Positions 1-9,376 of a stretch of DNA of 64,000 nt are shown here, piece by piece. Below the pieces are notes generated by a model. It was not told the DNA's origin. It did no database searches and saw only the letters and a program-made list of their open reading frames with translations. Made by a program: the position numbers and the translations under genes. The stretch spans positions 192,001 through 256,000 of the forward strand of contig CAVXEP010000004.1 of assembly GCA_963760795.1 (NCBI GenBank), in the 5' to 3' direction. The stretch's first letter is position 1; the number at the start of each line of letters is the position of its first letter. Origin of the DNA: an uncultured delta proteobacterium (GTDB taxonomy: Bacteria; Desulfobacterota; Binatia; UBA9968).

Positions 1-32
1 TTCGACATAAATTGCTCCCAGTCGTTCTCGCC

Positions 33-756
33 CTACGGCCGTTGAAACGCCAGCACGAAACGATCGTCTCTATTGCGTTCTTTGTTGACGTTGAAGTCGC
101 GCTTGTCCTCGGGCTTGCGCAGCATGGCGCCTTCTTTCGCCAGCTTGAAACCCGCCCCGGTGACCTCTTTGATGACCAGTAACTTGTCGATGCGATGCAA
201 GGTTTTCACCGCCTCATTGCCACTACCGTCCTGAGCCGAATGGTCGACCACGCCGTAGATGCCGCCGGGTTTGAGCGCGGCCATAACTGCCTTGTTCAAT
301 GCCGGACGCGCCTCGATGGCGACATCGTGATAGTTCAAGTGAATCAACACGAAATCCAAAGAACCGTCCCGCGGCAAGGCGAGCTTATCGAACGCGCCGT
401 CGGCGATTCGCACGTTGGCGAACTTCGCGATTCTTCCAGCGTTGATTGATTTCATCCCGTGTACTGGGATTCTGCGAATAGACAACACCGCTAGGACCGA
501 CGACTTCGGAAAGGATCGCCGTGTAGTACCCGCGCCCGGCCCACAGATCCGCAACTTTGTCGCCGCCTTTGACGCCGTAGAACGCCAACACTTCGCTCGG
601 TTTGCGAGCTTCGTCGAGCTCGCGCTCGTTGGCCGGCCGATCGGGATTGGCAACGACTGCCGAATAGTTTGGCAATGACGCCGCGCAGGCGGCGAAACCC
701 AACATCGACAGGGTCAAAAGCATCCAACGTAATGGTTTCACTGTGCAACGATTCAT
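33..756 (-). CDS. Exported class I SAM-dependent methyltransferase (COG4798-like), split by a +1 frameshift near 430
   Basis: ORF 385..762 gives a signal peptide, DEARKPSEVLAFYGVK and the SAM motif VADLWAGRGYYT. ORF 33..653 continues with LNYHD, ALKPGGIYGVVDH and DRFVLAF. GGAGGAG RBS lies before the ATG at 756. Confidence 0.8.
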
Positions 757-862
757 GAGCACTCCTCCCGGAAGTTAAATAGTGGTTCAACTCTAGTGAA
801 TGGAAAAACAAATGCAAGGAAAGGATGAGGGTTTAAAGCCCGCTCTAGTTTCGTGCAGCGTA

Positions 863-891
863 TTTTGCGCCCTTTGCGTTCTTTGCGGCCA
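863..891. repeat. Family A repeat (TTTTGCGCCCTTTGCGTTCTTTGCGGCCA), solo copy
   Basis: Identical to 1819-1847; same core as the inverted repeats flanking the GxxExxY gene. Confidence 0.85.
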
Positions 892-909
892 TGAGGCTTT
901 CGATTTTCA

Positions 910-1686
910 TCACGGCCGGCCGCGATCCAGCGCATGTACGACGTCGTGCTTGAGCAGGTTCCAGATCTTGTCCATGCAGCTGGCGAAGTCTGGATCGCGC
1001 ATGCTCTTCATCGTGCGCGGGCGCGGCACATCGACGGTGACGATGCTCTTGATCAATCCCGGCCGGGCGCTCATCACGGCGATGCGGTCGCACAGCATCA
1101 CCGCTTCGTCGATGTTATGAGTGACCAGAATGACGGTTTTCTTGTCGCGCTCCCAGATGCGCAAGAGCTCCTCGCGCATGAGCAGGCGCGTCTGCGCGTC
1201 CAAGCTGGCGAACGGCTCGTCCATGAGGATGACTTCAGGATCGTTGGCGAGGGCGCGGGCGATGGCGACTTTTTGTTTCATGCCGCCGGAGAGTTCGTGC
1301 GGCTGGGCGCCGGCGAAGTCTAAGAGATTGACGACTTCGAGAAAGAACCGGCTGACCCGTTTGTAAACCGACGGTTCTTCCTTGCGAAACTCGGCGCCGA
1401 GCGGGACGTTCTCTTCGACGTTGCGCCAGGGCATCAGCGCCGATTCTTGAAACACCATCGACACCGGCGACTTGCCGCGTTGCGTGCCGACGAACTGCAC
1501 TGAACCGGTATCGGGCTTTTCCAGTCCGGCGATGATATGCAGCAACGTCGTCTTGCCACAGCCGGTGGGTCCGATGATACCGAAGAATTCCTGATCGCGC
1601 ACCTCAAGATTGACACCGCCAATCGCCCGCGTCGTGCCTTGAGCGGTGACGAACTCTTTGGTAACCCCGTGAACGACGACTTTCAT
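910..1686 (-). CDS. ABC transporter ATP-binding protein, SsuB/TauB/NrtD-like
   Basis: Walker A GPTGCGKT, signature LSGGMKQK, Walker B ILMDEPF. Start MKVVVHG chosen because the upstream extension is repeat-derived. Confidence 0.92.
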   Translation of the reverse strand: MKVVVHGVTKEFVTAQGTTRAIGGVNLEVRDQEFFGIIGPTGCGKTTLLHIIAGLEKPDTGSVQFVGTQRGKSPVSMVFQESALMPWRNVEENVPLGAEFRKEEPSVYKRVSRFFLEVVNLLDFAGAQPHELSGGMKQKVAIARALANDPEVILMDEPFASLDAQTRLLMREELLRIWERDKKTVILVTHNIDEAVMLCDRIAVMSARPGLIKSIVTVDVPRPRTMKSMRDPDFASCMDKIWNLLKHDVVHALDRGRP

Positions 1687-1704
1687 TTCAAACACCTCGG
1701 AGAA

Positions 1705-1848
1705 TTGGCCGCAAAGAACGCAAAGCACACATAGATAGGAGTTTCACAATCAGGATCGCCTATGATTCGCATACTACGCATCCTCACTTTGTCATTTCGA
1801 GCGCAGCGAGAAATCTCATTTTGCGCCCTTTGCGTTCTTTGCGGCCAA
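1705..1848. mobile_element. MITE-like element bounded by family A inverted repeats, with an internal GTCATTTCGAGCGCAGCGAGAAATCT repeat
   Basis: TTGGCCGCAAAGAACGCAAAG (1705) pairs with CTTTGCGTTCTTTGCGGCCAA (ends 1848). No ORF inside. Second repeat at 1790-1816. Confidence 0.7.
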
Positions 1849-1853
1849 TCTTC

Positions 1854-3273
1854 CTATCCGAGAAAATCCTCCAGCCTGACATTGACCAGCCCCTGCGGCT
1901 TCACCGGTTCGAAGTAATTGCGCAGCTCCTCGGTCAGCGCCGGACCCTTGGTGGCGTCGATCAGCATCTTCGAACCGATGCGCGGATGAAATCCCATATG
2001 GTCGCCGGGATTGGGCAGCAGTTCGGCGGTGAGATCGCCGGTATGACAGAGCGTATCGGGAATGATGAAGACATCGGATTTGGGATTCACCCGGGTCGAC
2101 ATCGCGTACATGATCGCTTGGGCGTTGTGCGGGTCGATATCTTCGTCCACGGCGATGCCGATCTTCGGGTGTAGATACGGACTCGACAAGAGCGCCATCA
2201 GCGTGCTGCGCACTTCGCCCATCTTGCGCGGCGTCATCTGCACGACGATGATGTGGCTGCCGCCGGCATAGGGCAAGGAGACGACGTCTTTGACATCGAT
2301 GAAGCCGCCGACATCTTTGATGCGCGCGTAGAGAACCAATTCCATCGGGAAAACCGTCCAGCGGCTGCGATTCGGAGATCGGCCGCCCGCCTTGGAGCGC
2401 GTAGTAGATCGCGTTCTTGCGCATGGTGATGCATTTAACGTTGATGATCGGGTGCTGCAGCGTGCCATGGGTCATGCCGGCATGCTCACAAAACGGCCCT
2501 TCGTCTTCCATGTAGTTGGGCGGCACCTCGCCTTCGATGACGATCTCGGCATCCGCCGGCACCATGACGTCGATGGTCTCGCAGCGCACCACGTTGGCCG
2601 GCTCTTGCAACAAGGCGCCGGTAATATCGATCTCATCGGTTTCGTAACCGGTCGTCCAGGTCGACGCGATATAATAGGCCGGGTGATGGCCGATCACGGT
2701 GGCCACCGGCATCGGCTTGCCCTCTTTCCAATACTTTTGCATGCAGATATCGGTGTGGCGCTTGGGGTGAACGAAGATGCCCATCTTCCTCGGCCCTTTG
2801 ATGTGATCGCGCTGCAAGGCGATATTCTGCGTGCCGGTCTCAGGATCCTTGACGAATTGCATCGCCGAGCCGATGAACGGCACACCGCGGTCGCTGTCGG
2901 AATGAACGTGAATCGGAATCCGCCCCAGGTCGGCGTCGTCGCCTTTCCAGATGATTTCTTTTACCGGCCCGTCTTCGACGATCTTCGGTTTGATCAAACC
3001 TTTAGCAATGCGTCCGCCCAGCTCCGTCAACGCTTTGTCCTTGGTCGTGCCCAAACCGAGCGCCATCTTTTCCCGGCTGCCGCACATGTAACTGACCGCG
3101 GACCAGTTGGGATAGCCCTTGAGATTGTGGAACATGGTCGCCTTGCCCTGCTCGTTCTCGCCGCGATAAGCGAGGCCGGCCAGGTTGGTCAGCGGGTCGA
3201 CTTCCTTTTTAATATCGAGCAGCAGTTTGCGCTCGCGAATTAAATTAATGTAACTGCGCAGGTCCTGGGACAT
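1854..3273 (-). CDS. UbiD-family (prFMN-dependent) decarboxylase, +1 frameshift near 2350
   Basis: MSQDLRSYI, DVMVPADAEIVIEGEV, EGPFCEH in ORF 1816..3336; AVDEDIDPHN and SKMLIDATK in ORF 1854..2468. The break lies in a GGGAAAA run. Confidence 0.9.
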
Positions 3274-3414
3274 CGGTTCAGCACTCCTGATTGAATTTGT
3301 AGAATGGTTGTAATGCAAGCCGGCGGTTAATTGCAATCAACCAAGGTTGGGACAGGTCGAATGTTGGCGGCGCCGGCAATTTGTTTCCGAAAGCCGAAAG
3401 CCGCGCTGCGCGCG

Positions 3415-4440
3415 CTATCTCCCGCCGAAGACCTCATGAAAGGTTTTGGCGTAGCCCTCGAAGTTCTCCAGCACTTCAGCCGGCGCGAAGGCGGGTTTGA
3501 TGCCTTCGATGAAGCGCGCTTGCTCGGGCGGCGTGTCCGTGCGGTCGGGGATGCGGCTCATGCCGCGCACCAACTCCTGGCCGCGCTTCGACAGCACGAA
3601 GTCGATAAACAGTCTGGCGGCGTTGGGATGAGGCGCTTTGGCGGAGATGCCGACGGGGTGAATGTTGGCGAACACAGGATTCAAATAAACCCAATCCACC
3701 GGCGCGCCGGCCGGTTTCATCGTTTCGAAGGTTTGCGAGTAGGCGCTTAACGCGCCTTTGAATTCACCGGCGGCAACCAGCTGAGCAAGGATCGTCCGGC
3801 CATTGCGCAGCCCGACCTGTTTGGCGAGCTCGCGCATGAAAGCGAGCCCTTTCTCTTCGCCCATCGCTTTGATCATCGTGCCGAACCACTCATACGCCCG
3901 CGTATCGATGCCGATATTGCCCTTCCACTCTGGCTTCAGCAGATCGTTGTGCGTCTTCGGAATGCTCGCCCGCGGCACGTTGCGCGTGTTGAAGCCGAAG
4001 GCGGAATAGTTGGTGTAGATCGAAGTCCAGGTCGCCTGCGGATCTTTGTAGCCGTCACGATAGAACTTGCGTTCGGGCGAATCGTAAGTCGCCAGCATGC
4101 CGCGCTTCTTGAGATTGTAACCGTAGAAGCTCGTGCTCATCACCACGTCAAACAAACCGCGCCCGGCGCGTCCCTCGGTCAAGATGCGCTCCATCAACTG
4201 CGCGTCGGTGGCGCGATAAAAAGTCGCGTCGATCTTGGGATAGAGCTGCTTGAAGCCGTCGGTCAGAATTTTCGTATCCGTGGCGTTGAAGGCCGCGTAA
4301 AACATCATCTTGCCTTCCGCCTCGGCGAGAGTTTTCACGTCCTGCGCCCACGTCGTACCGGCGCTGATGAATAGCGATGCCGCCACCACCAAGCGCGCCG
4401 CAAACCTTGAACTTTGAACTTTGAACCTTGAACAAAACAT
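3415..4440 (-). CDS. ABC transporter extracellular solute-binding protein (Fe/thiamine/polyamine-type)
   Basis: Signal peptide ending AWA-like TTWAQ; DLLKPEWKG, LVAAGE, APHPNAARLFIDFVLSKRGQ. Its ATG overlaps the TGA of the upstream gene (TGATG). Confidence 0.85.
   Translation of the reverse strand: MFCSRFKVQSSRFAARLVVAASLFISAGTTWAQDVKTLAEAEGKMMFYAAFNATDTKILTDGFKQLYPKIDATFYRATDAQLMERILTEGRAGRGLFDVVMSTSFYGYNLKKRGMLATYDSPERKFYRDGYKDPQATWTSIYTNYSAFGFNTRNVPRASIPKTHNDLLKPEWKGNIGIDTRAYEWFGTMIKAMGEEKGLAFMRELAKQVGLRNGRTILAQLVAAGEFKGALSAYSQTFETMKPAGAPVDWVYLNPVFANIHPVGISAKAPHPNAARLFIDFVLSKRGQELVRGMSRIPDRTDTPPEQARFIEGIKPAFAPAEVLENFEGYAKTFHEVFGGR
4405..4432. repeat. Four tandem 7-mers (CCTTGAA/CTTTGAA) inside the 5' end of the SBP gene
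   Basis: ccttgaa ctttgaa ctttgaa ccttgaa read directly from the sequence. Confidence 0.8.
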
Positions 4441-5163
4441 CACGGCATCTCCGCCAACAGCCGCCCATAGCCCTGCAACAGGTTCGTTGAGATTGAGAAT
4501 CTTCTTGGTCGCCCATACCTGCGCCGGAATGCTCGACAGCACCGTGGTCTTCAAATCCTTCTCCAGCATCTCGATCACCGGCAGATTATGCCAGCCGGCG
4601 CCGAGCATGTAGATGCCGTCGGCCCCGCCGCTGTCGAGAAACACTTTCTTGGCGAAGTTGTAGATCGCTTCCGGCGATAGTTTGCCGGCGTCCTTGAACG
4701 GCACCTCGATGCCCTCCATCGCCTTGACGACAAAGCCGTCGTCTTCAAGAAATTTGGCAAAGCGCTGATTCATTTCGCCGGTGAAATAGGTCACCCCCAC
4801 CAGCTTCTTCATACCCAACGCGCGAAACGCGTCGACCTGCGCGATGGTCGCCACGGTGACGGGAATTTTATATTTCGCAGTCAGCGAATCGGCGATCTGC
4901 CGGTCGGCGCCATGGCCGCGCACCATGGTCGGCGGCGCGCCCATGATCATCACCACGTCGGCACCCAGCTCAGCCAAGCGCGCAACTTTTTTCTCGGCGA
5001 CTGTCAATGCCTCCTGAAGCTCCTTCTCGTTGCCCGCGCGAACGCCGGCGTGCGCGGGTATGAAGCCGACCCCTTCCGGCATCAGCTTGATAAAACTCTC
5101 CATCGACCCCGGCCGATAAGTGGGTTTGACCAATCCAACAATTCCGCGTGATCCGTAGTACAT
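4440..5163 (-). CDS. Maleate isomerase / arylmalonate decarboxylase (Asp/Glu racemase superfamily) protein
   Basis: LGADVVMIMG, AFRALGMKKL, ADGIYMLG, IEMLEKDLKTTVLSS. Removing one G near 4471 restores the family-typical end EPVAGYGRLLAEMP-stop. Confidence 0.8.
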
Positions 5164-5352
5164 AGTTTCGCAGCTCGCTTTCTTCTCTGATTAACCGCTC
5201 GAATATCCTAGTCACAAGTTCTTATCAAGCGGTCAGCCCGCGATCGACGCGCCGCCACCAAAGTGAGATCCGATCGACGCCGACGACGATATGAATTCAC
5301 AAGATGATGAGTTGGCGGATTGCGATCGCAATCGTTTTACAAGGCCGCGTCG

Positions 5353-6411
5353 TCAGCGCGGCGGCATTGGGCGATGGTCGGAGAGGTGCTTGTATAGCGC
5401 GATCGTTTCGGCATCCCGCGGCAGGTTCTTAATTGCCGATTCTATCGCTTCTGACGTTATCGGCGAGGGCTCGACACCTGTGAGTTTTTTAAATTCTTTG
5501 GCAAAGCCGGGATCTTTGAATGATTTCACCATGGCGTCGCGCAAAATATTTACCAGCTCTTTTGGCGTACCGGCCGGCAAGATATAGGGCCAGCGCGGGT
5601 AGTCGAACGCCCGATACAAGTTCAGTAACCGATGCTCCTTGTCGTTCTTGGCAAAGCTGTCGATTTCGGCAATGTCCCGCGAATAGGGTGAAATGTATCG
5701 GCCCTTGGGCACGGTGATGATCGTGTGAAAATGCACCTTTTCCATTAGCGATGGATTCTGCTGGATGGTTGCGCTCGACATCGAGCCGCCGTCGACCTCG
5801 CCCTGGAGCAAAGCCACGTCGCGCTCCGGCGATGAATAGCCGACGACGAATTTGGGCTCCGTCAATCCGATTAAGTAAGCGGCGATGCGGCCATTGATGT
5901 AGGTGATATGTCCCACCGAATTAGCGCCGATACGGATTCCCGCAGCGGTGCGGAGCTTTTCTATGCTGGAGAATCCCGCCTCTTTTCGGGTGACGAACGC
6001 GGTGGGACTGCCGCTTTCCGTGGAGCCAAGGTAGATGAGCTTGTCCAGATCGTAGTTAGTTCCCGCCAAGCCCAGGATCGGCCCGGCTACCAGGACGTTG
6101 CCGACGGCCCCGATCGTCAGCCCATCCGGTTTAGCGCCGGAGTAAATGTAGTTTATCGCTGTTCTCCCAGCGGCGCCCTGCTTGTGCTCCATAATGAGGG
6201 TAGGTTCGCCGGGGATATATTTTTTCAAGTACGGCATCAGCGCGCGAGCCTGCAAGTCGCCGTACCCACCCGGCGTGCCAGCGCGCAGAATCGTCAGCGT
6301 CTTCCCTTGGTAATAGCTCTCCGCCCAGGCTAATCCCGGCGCCGCGATGGCATGGATCAACAGAACAACCGCAACAAACCCCAGGGATGAAAGACTATTT
6401 CTTGCCGGCAT
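5353..6411 (-). CDS. Bug/TctC-like tripartite tricarboxylate transporter substrate-binding protein
   Basis: YYQGKT, TPGGYGDLQAR, IPGEP, AKPDGLTIG, LPAGTPKE motifs and a signal peptide. Confidence 0.85.
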   Translation of the reverse strand: MPARNSLSSLGFVAVVLLIHAIAAPGLAWAESYYQGKTLTILRAGTPGGYGDLQARALMPYLKKYIPGEPTLIMEHKQGAAGRTAINYIYSGAKPDGLTIGAVGNVLVAGPILGLAGTNYDLDKLIYLGSTESGSPTAFVTRKEAGFSSIEKLRTAAGIRIGANSVGHITYINGRIAAYLIGLTEPKFVVGYSSPERDVALLQGEVDGGSMSSATIQQNPSLMEKVHFHTIITVPKGRYISPYSRDIAEIDSFAKNDKEHRLLNLYRAFDYPRWPYILPAGTPKELVNILRDAMVKSFKDPGFAKEFKKLTGVEPSPITSEAIESAIKNLPRDAETIALYKHLSDHRPMPPR

Positions 6412-6598
6412 CGAATTGTCCCTCTTGACGTTGAAAATAATTAACCGAAGGATCGGCTGATTAGCGCTCAGATCGCCTAAGCGAAGCTATCAATGGGATT
6501 CGCGGCCAAGTCATGCAATCCCACGTTATCGCAATGCCCTACGTGACTTCACGAGCCCAGGACCAATGCGCAGAAATGAATTCGCTTGAAACTGAGCC

Positions 6599-6647
6599 GA
6601 AACGGGCAGGATGAACTTGACTTCATCAATTTCACCCTGCCCGTTTC
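6599..6647 (-). terminator. Hairpin, probable intrinsic terminator
   Basis: GAAACGGGCAGG ... CCTGCCCGTTTC just downstream of the 6672-6947 gene. Confidence 0.55.
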
Positions 6648-6671
6648 AACAAACGCGGTCTTGATCAGGAA

Positions 6672-6947
6672 CTAGCGCGCATCGAGGGTCTTTACCCTGA
6701 CGTCGCCGCCGCCCCGATCGTCGAAGAGAACTTTGACTTTGGTTCCATCTTTTAGAAGGTCGGCCTTAGCTTTTGCATCTTCACTGCTGACCTTGGCCTT
6801 TTGCTCCCAATCTTTCCCCTTCACGGTCAGCATTCTCGACTCTTTATCATAACCCGAGACCGTGCCGTTTTTATCCTGCGCAAAGCTTATTGCCGGGATT
6901 AAAACCAAAGCTAATAGAAGTCCGAGCACTTGTCTGTTGAATGTCAT
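6672..6947 (-). CDS. Small secreted protein, probably OB-fold (DUF1344-like)
   Basis: Signal peptide ending SFA; GTVSGYD...LTV...LKDGTKVKVLF pattern; GGAGG RBS. Confidence 0.7.
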   Translation of the reverse strand: MTFNRQVLGLLLALVLIPAISFAQDKNGTVSGYDKESRMLTVKGKDWEQKAKVSSEDAKAKADLLKDGTKVKVLFDDRGGGDVRVKTLDAR

Positions 6948-7308
6948 GCTTTTTCACCTCCCTTCTTTTATAATGGCTCACCCTACCGCCGAATAATTCA
7001 GTCAGAGCCCCGTAACCGACCATCGAGGAATCCCTCGGGGAATCTAGACGTCGTAGCAAGCTGCACCTAAATCGAATTTTGTAGCATGTAAAATCAAATT
7101 GGCAAGCGCTGCCCCACAATGGGCTTTGTCGTAGTCATGTCGCGCGACTGCCGCGAACAAGCGCCTGAAATAAAACTCTGCCCCGGCCCCGAATAATGCG
7201 TATTCAGCGGTTGTCACGGCAGCGCTAATCTTGTTATTGGGATAATTGCCGGTACACGAACCGGACCGAACAAACCGCGATCCGAATGGCGACTCTAGGG
7301 GGAAACCA

Positions 7309-8302
7309 ATGAATATCCAGTTAAGCGCCGGCATGGCGCCGAATCCGCGCACCTGGCCGCTATTTGACGGCAGGGTGAAAGCCGATGGCATCGAGCTGAT
7401 CATGTCGCCGGTTCACGCTTCCGAGTTATTTTGGCGCCAGCTCCGCTTTGCCGATTTCGACCTGTCCGACATGTCGTTCTCGTCACTGCTGATCGCCATC
7501 GCCCACGGCGACAAACGTTGGGTGGGTTTGCCGATCTTCACCACTCGCCGCTTATTTCATACCGGCATTCTGGTCCGTCGCGATGGCGGGATTGACGGTG
7601 CCGGCCGACCTCAGAGGCAAACGCGTCGCCGTCCCGGAGTACCAGCAGACGGCAGCGTTATGGACACGCGGCGCGCTGCAGCATGAGTTCGGCGTCGAAC
7701 CGAAGGACATGGAATTTTGGATGGAGCGCAATCCCGAGCACAGCCACGGCGGCGCCACCGAATTCACCGCGCCGCCGGGCGTGACGGTTCATCAGATCCC
7801 GCTCGGCAAAGACATCGGCTCGATGATGCTTTCAGGCGAGCTCCAAGCCGCGTTGCATTACCTCGTCAACGAGAATCTCGTCGACCGCAGCAGCGCCGAC
7901 CTGTGGCACCACCCAGCGATAAAATACCTATTCCCGGACCCGAAAGCTGAGGGCGTAAGGTATTACAACAAGACCGGAATCTATCCGATCAACCACTGCG
8001 TCGTGCTCAAACGGGAAATCGCCGAGCAGCATCCCTGGGCGATTCTCAATATTTATAAGGCCTTCGAGCGCGCCAATGCCATTGCCGACGAACAACGAAT
8101 GGAACATGTCAATTACTACCTCGAGACCGGCCGGCTGCCGGCGCAAGCAAAAACTGCCCTTGCGACGACCTTGGTCCAATACGGCATCAAGGCCAACCGG
8201 CAGGTGTTGGAAACCGCGGCGCAGTATTCAGTCGAGCAAGGATTGACGCCACGGCTGCTCAAGCTCGATGAAGTATTTGCCCCGAGCACCATGGAGCAGT
8301 AG
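7309..8302 (+). CDS. 4,5-dihydroxyphthalate decarboxylase-like (periplasmic-binding fold) protein, +1 frameshift near 7598
   Basis: PLFDGRVKADGIEL, ELFWRQLRFADFDLSDMSFSS, PADLRGKRVAVPEYQQTAALW, TGIYPINH. Confidence 0.8.
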
Positions 8303-8318
8303 CCGCGCAGGTGACGCG

Positions 8319-9266
8319 ATGATTCTAATCACCGGCGGACTTGGTTTTATCGGTCTCCATACGGCCAGGCGCTTTCTAGATGTGGGAGAGCAGGTCGTGC
8401 TGACGCAATTTCGCGTCCGGCGCGAACCCGATTTCATCAAAGCCGAGATCGGCAAACGAGCTTTCATCGAGACCCTCGATGTCACGGCGGGTCACGACGT
8501 GATCGATATCGTGCGCAAACACAAAGTCACCGGCATCGTCCATCTTGCCGTGCCCGGCCTGGGAGTTTTATCGGCGGCGCAAGATTACCGGATGAACGTG
8601 ATCGGATTTTTGAATATCCTCGAGGCCGCACGGTTGTCCGGCGTGCGTCGGGTAAGCTTAGCCAGCTCCGTGGCTGTCTATGCCGGTCTCGCCGAAGGCC
8701 CTTTCCGCGAAGACGCGCTCGTTCCCGTGGATTCCGGCAATGCCACCGAGACATTCAAAAAAGCTCTGGAAATTCTCGGCCTGCACTACGCCGCGCGAAC
8801 CGGTCTTGAAGTCGTGGCACTGCGCATCGGCACACCGTTCGGGCCGCTTTATCATAGCCTCGCCGCGCCCACGAGCCGGATCGTTCATGCCGCTGCGAAA
8901 GGAGTGCCGGCGGATTTTTCCGGCGCCCGCGGCGGCGCGCCGCATCAAGAGGACGACAGCGGCGCTTTTTACGTCAAGGACTGCGCCCTGGCGATCCAGC
9001 TCGTCCAGATGGCTGATCAATTGTCGCAGCGGATTTTCAACATCAGCAGTGAAGCGCCGATCAAGTACCGTGAATTTGTCGAGGTGGTGAAAAAAATCAT
9101 GCCCAGCGCCGCAATCGATTTGCCGCCGGGTCACGGCCCGCGCCACCGGCCCAACGCGTACCTGGATATCACCCGGCTCAAGCAGGAAGTCGGCTATCGG
9201 CCCGAGTACAAGATCGAGCGCGCGCTGGAAGAATACCTCGACTGGCTGAGCAGCCATCCCGAATAA
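8319..9266 (+). CDS. NAD(P)-dependent epimerase/dehydratase (extended SDR)
   Basis: ILITGGLGFIG, IVHLA, ASSVAVY; FYVKD; LDITRLKQEVGYRPEY. Confidence 0.9.
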   Translation: MILITGGLGFIGLHTARRFLDVGEQVVLTQFRVRREPDFIKAEIGKRAFIETLDVTAGHDVIDIVRKHKVTGIVHLAVPGLGVLSAAQDYRMNVIGFLNILEAARLSGVRRVSLASSVAVYAGLAEGPFREDALVPVDSGNATETFKKALEILGLHYAARTGLEVVALRIGTPFGPLYHSLAAPTSRIVHAAAKGVPADFSGARGGAPHQEDDSGAFYVKDCALAIQLVQMADQLSQRIFNISSEAPIKYREFVEVVKKIMPSAAIDLPPGHGPRHRPNAYLDITRLKQEVGYRPEYKIERALEEYLDWLSSHPE

Positions 9267-9376
9267 TTATCCAGCCGCTTTGTTTGCATAGCGTGAAGGC
9301 TTATCGCGGCGAAGGTCGAGTCGAGTCGTCCAATGCATTCTCCATAACTAGCGGCGGATCGGCGCGGCAAAAATGA

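Noticed and set aside
2340-2360. Programmed ribosomal frameshift in the UbiD gene
   Set aside because: One of many similar single-base insertions in unrelated genes; there is no canonical slippery heptamer with a downstream structure.
3415-5163. Apparent 582-aa fusion of a racemase-fold enzyme with a solute-binding protein
   Set aside because: Removing one G near 4471 gives a typical C-terminus (GYGRLLAEMP-stop) overlapping the ATG of a separate gene with its own signal peptide; most likely a sequencing artefact.
6950-7300. Possible riboswitch in the divergent intergenic region
   Set aside because: Short hairpins are present but no conserved aptamer core could be matched by eye; an Rfam scan would be needed.
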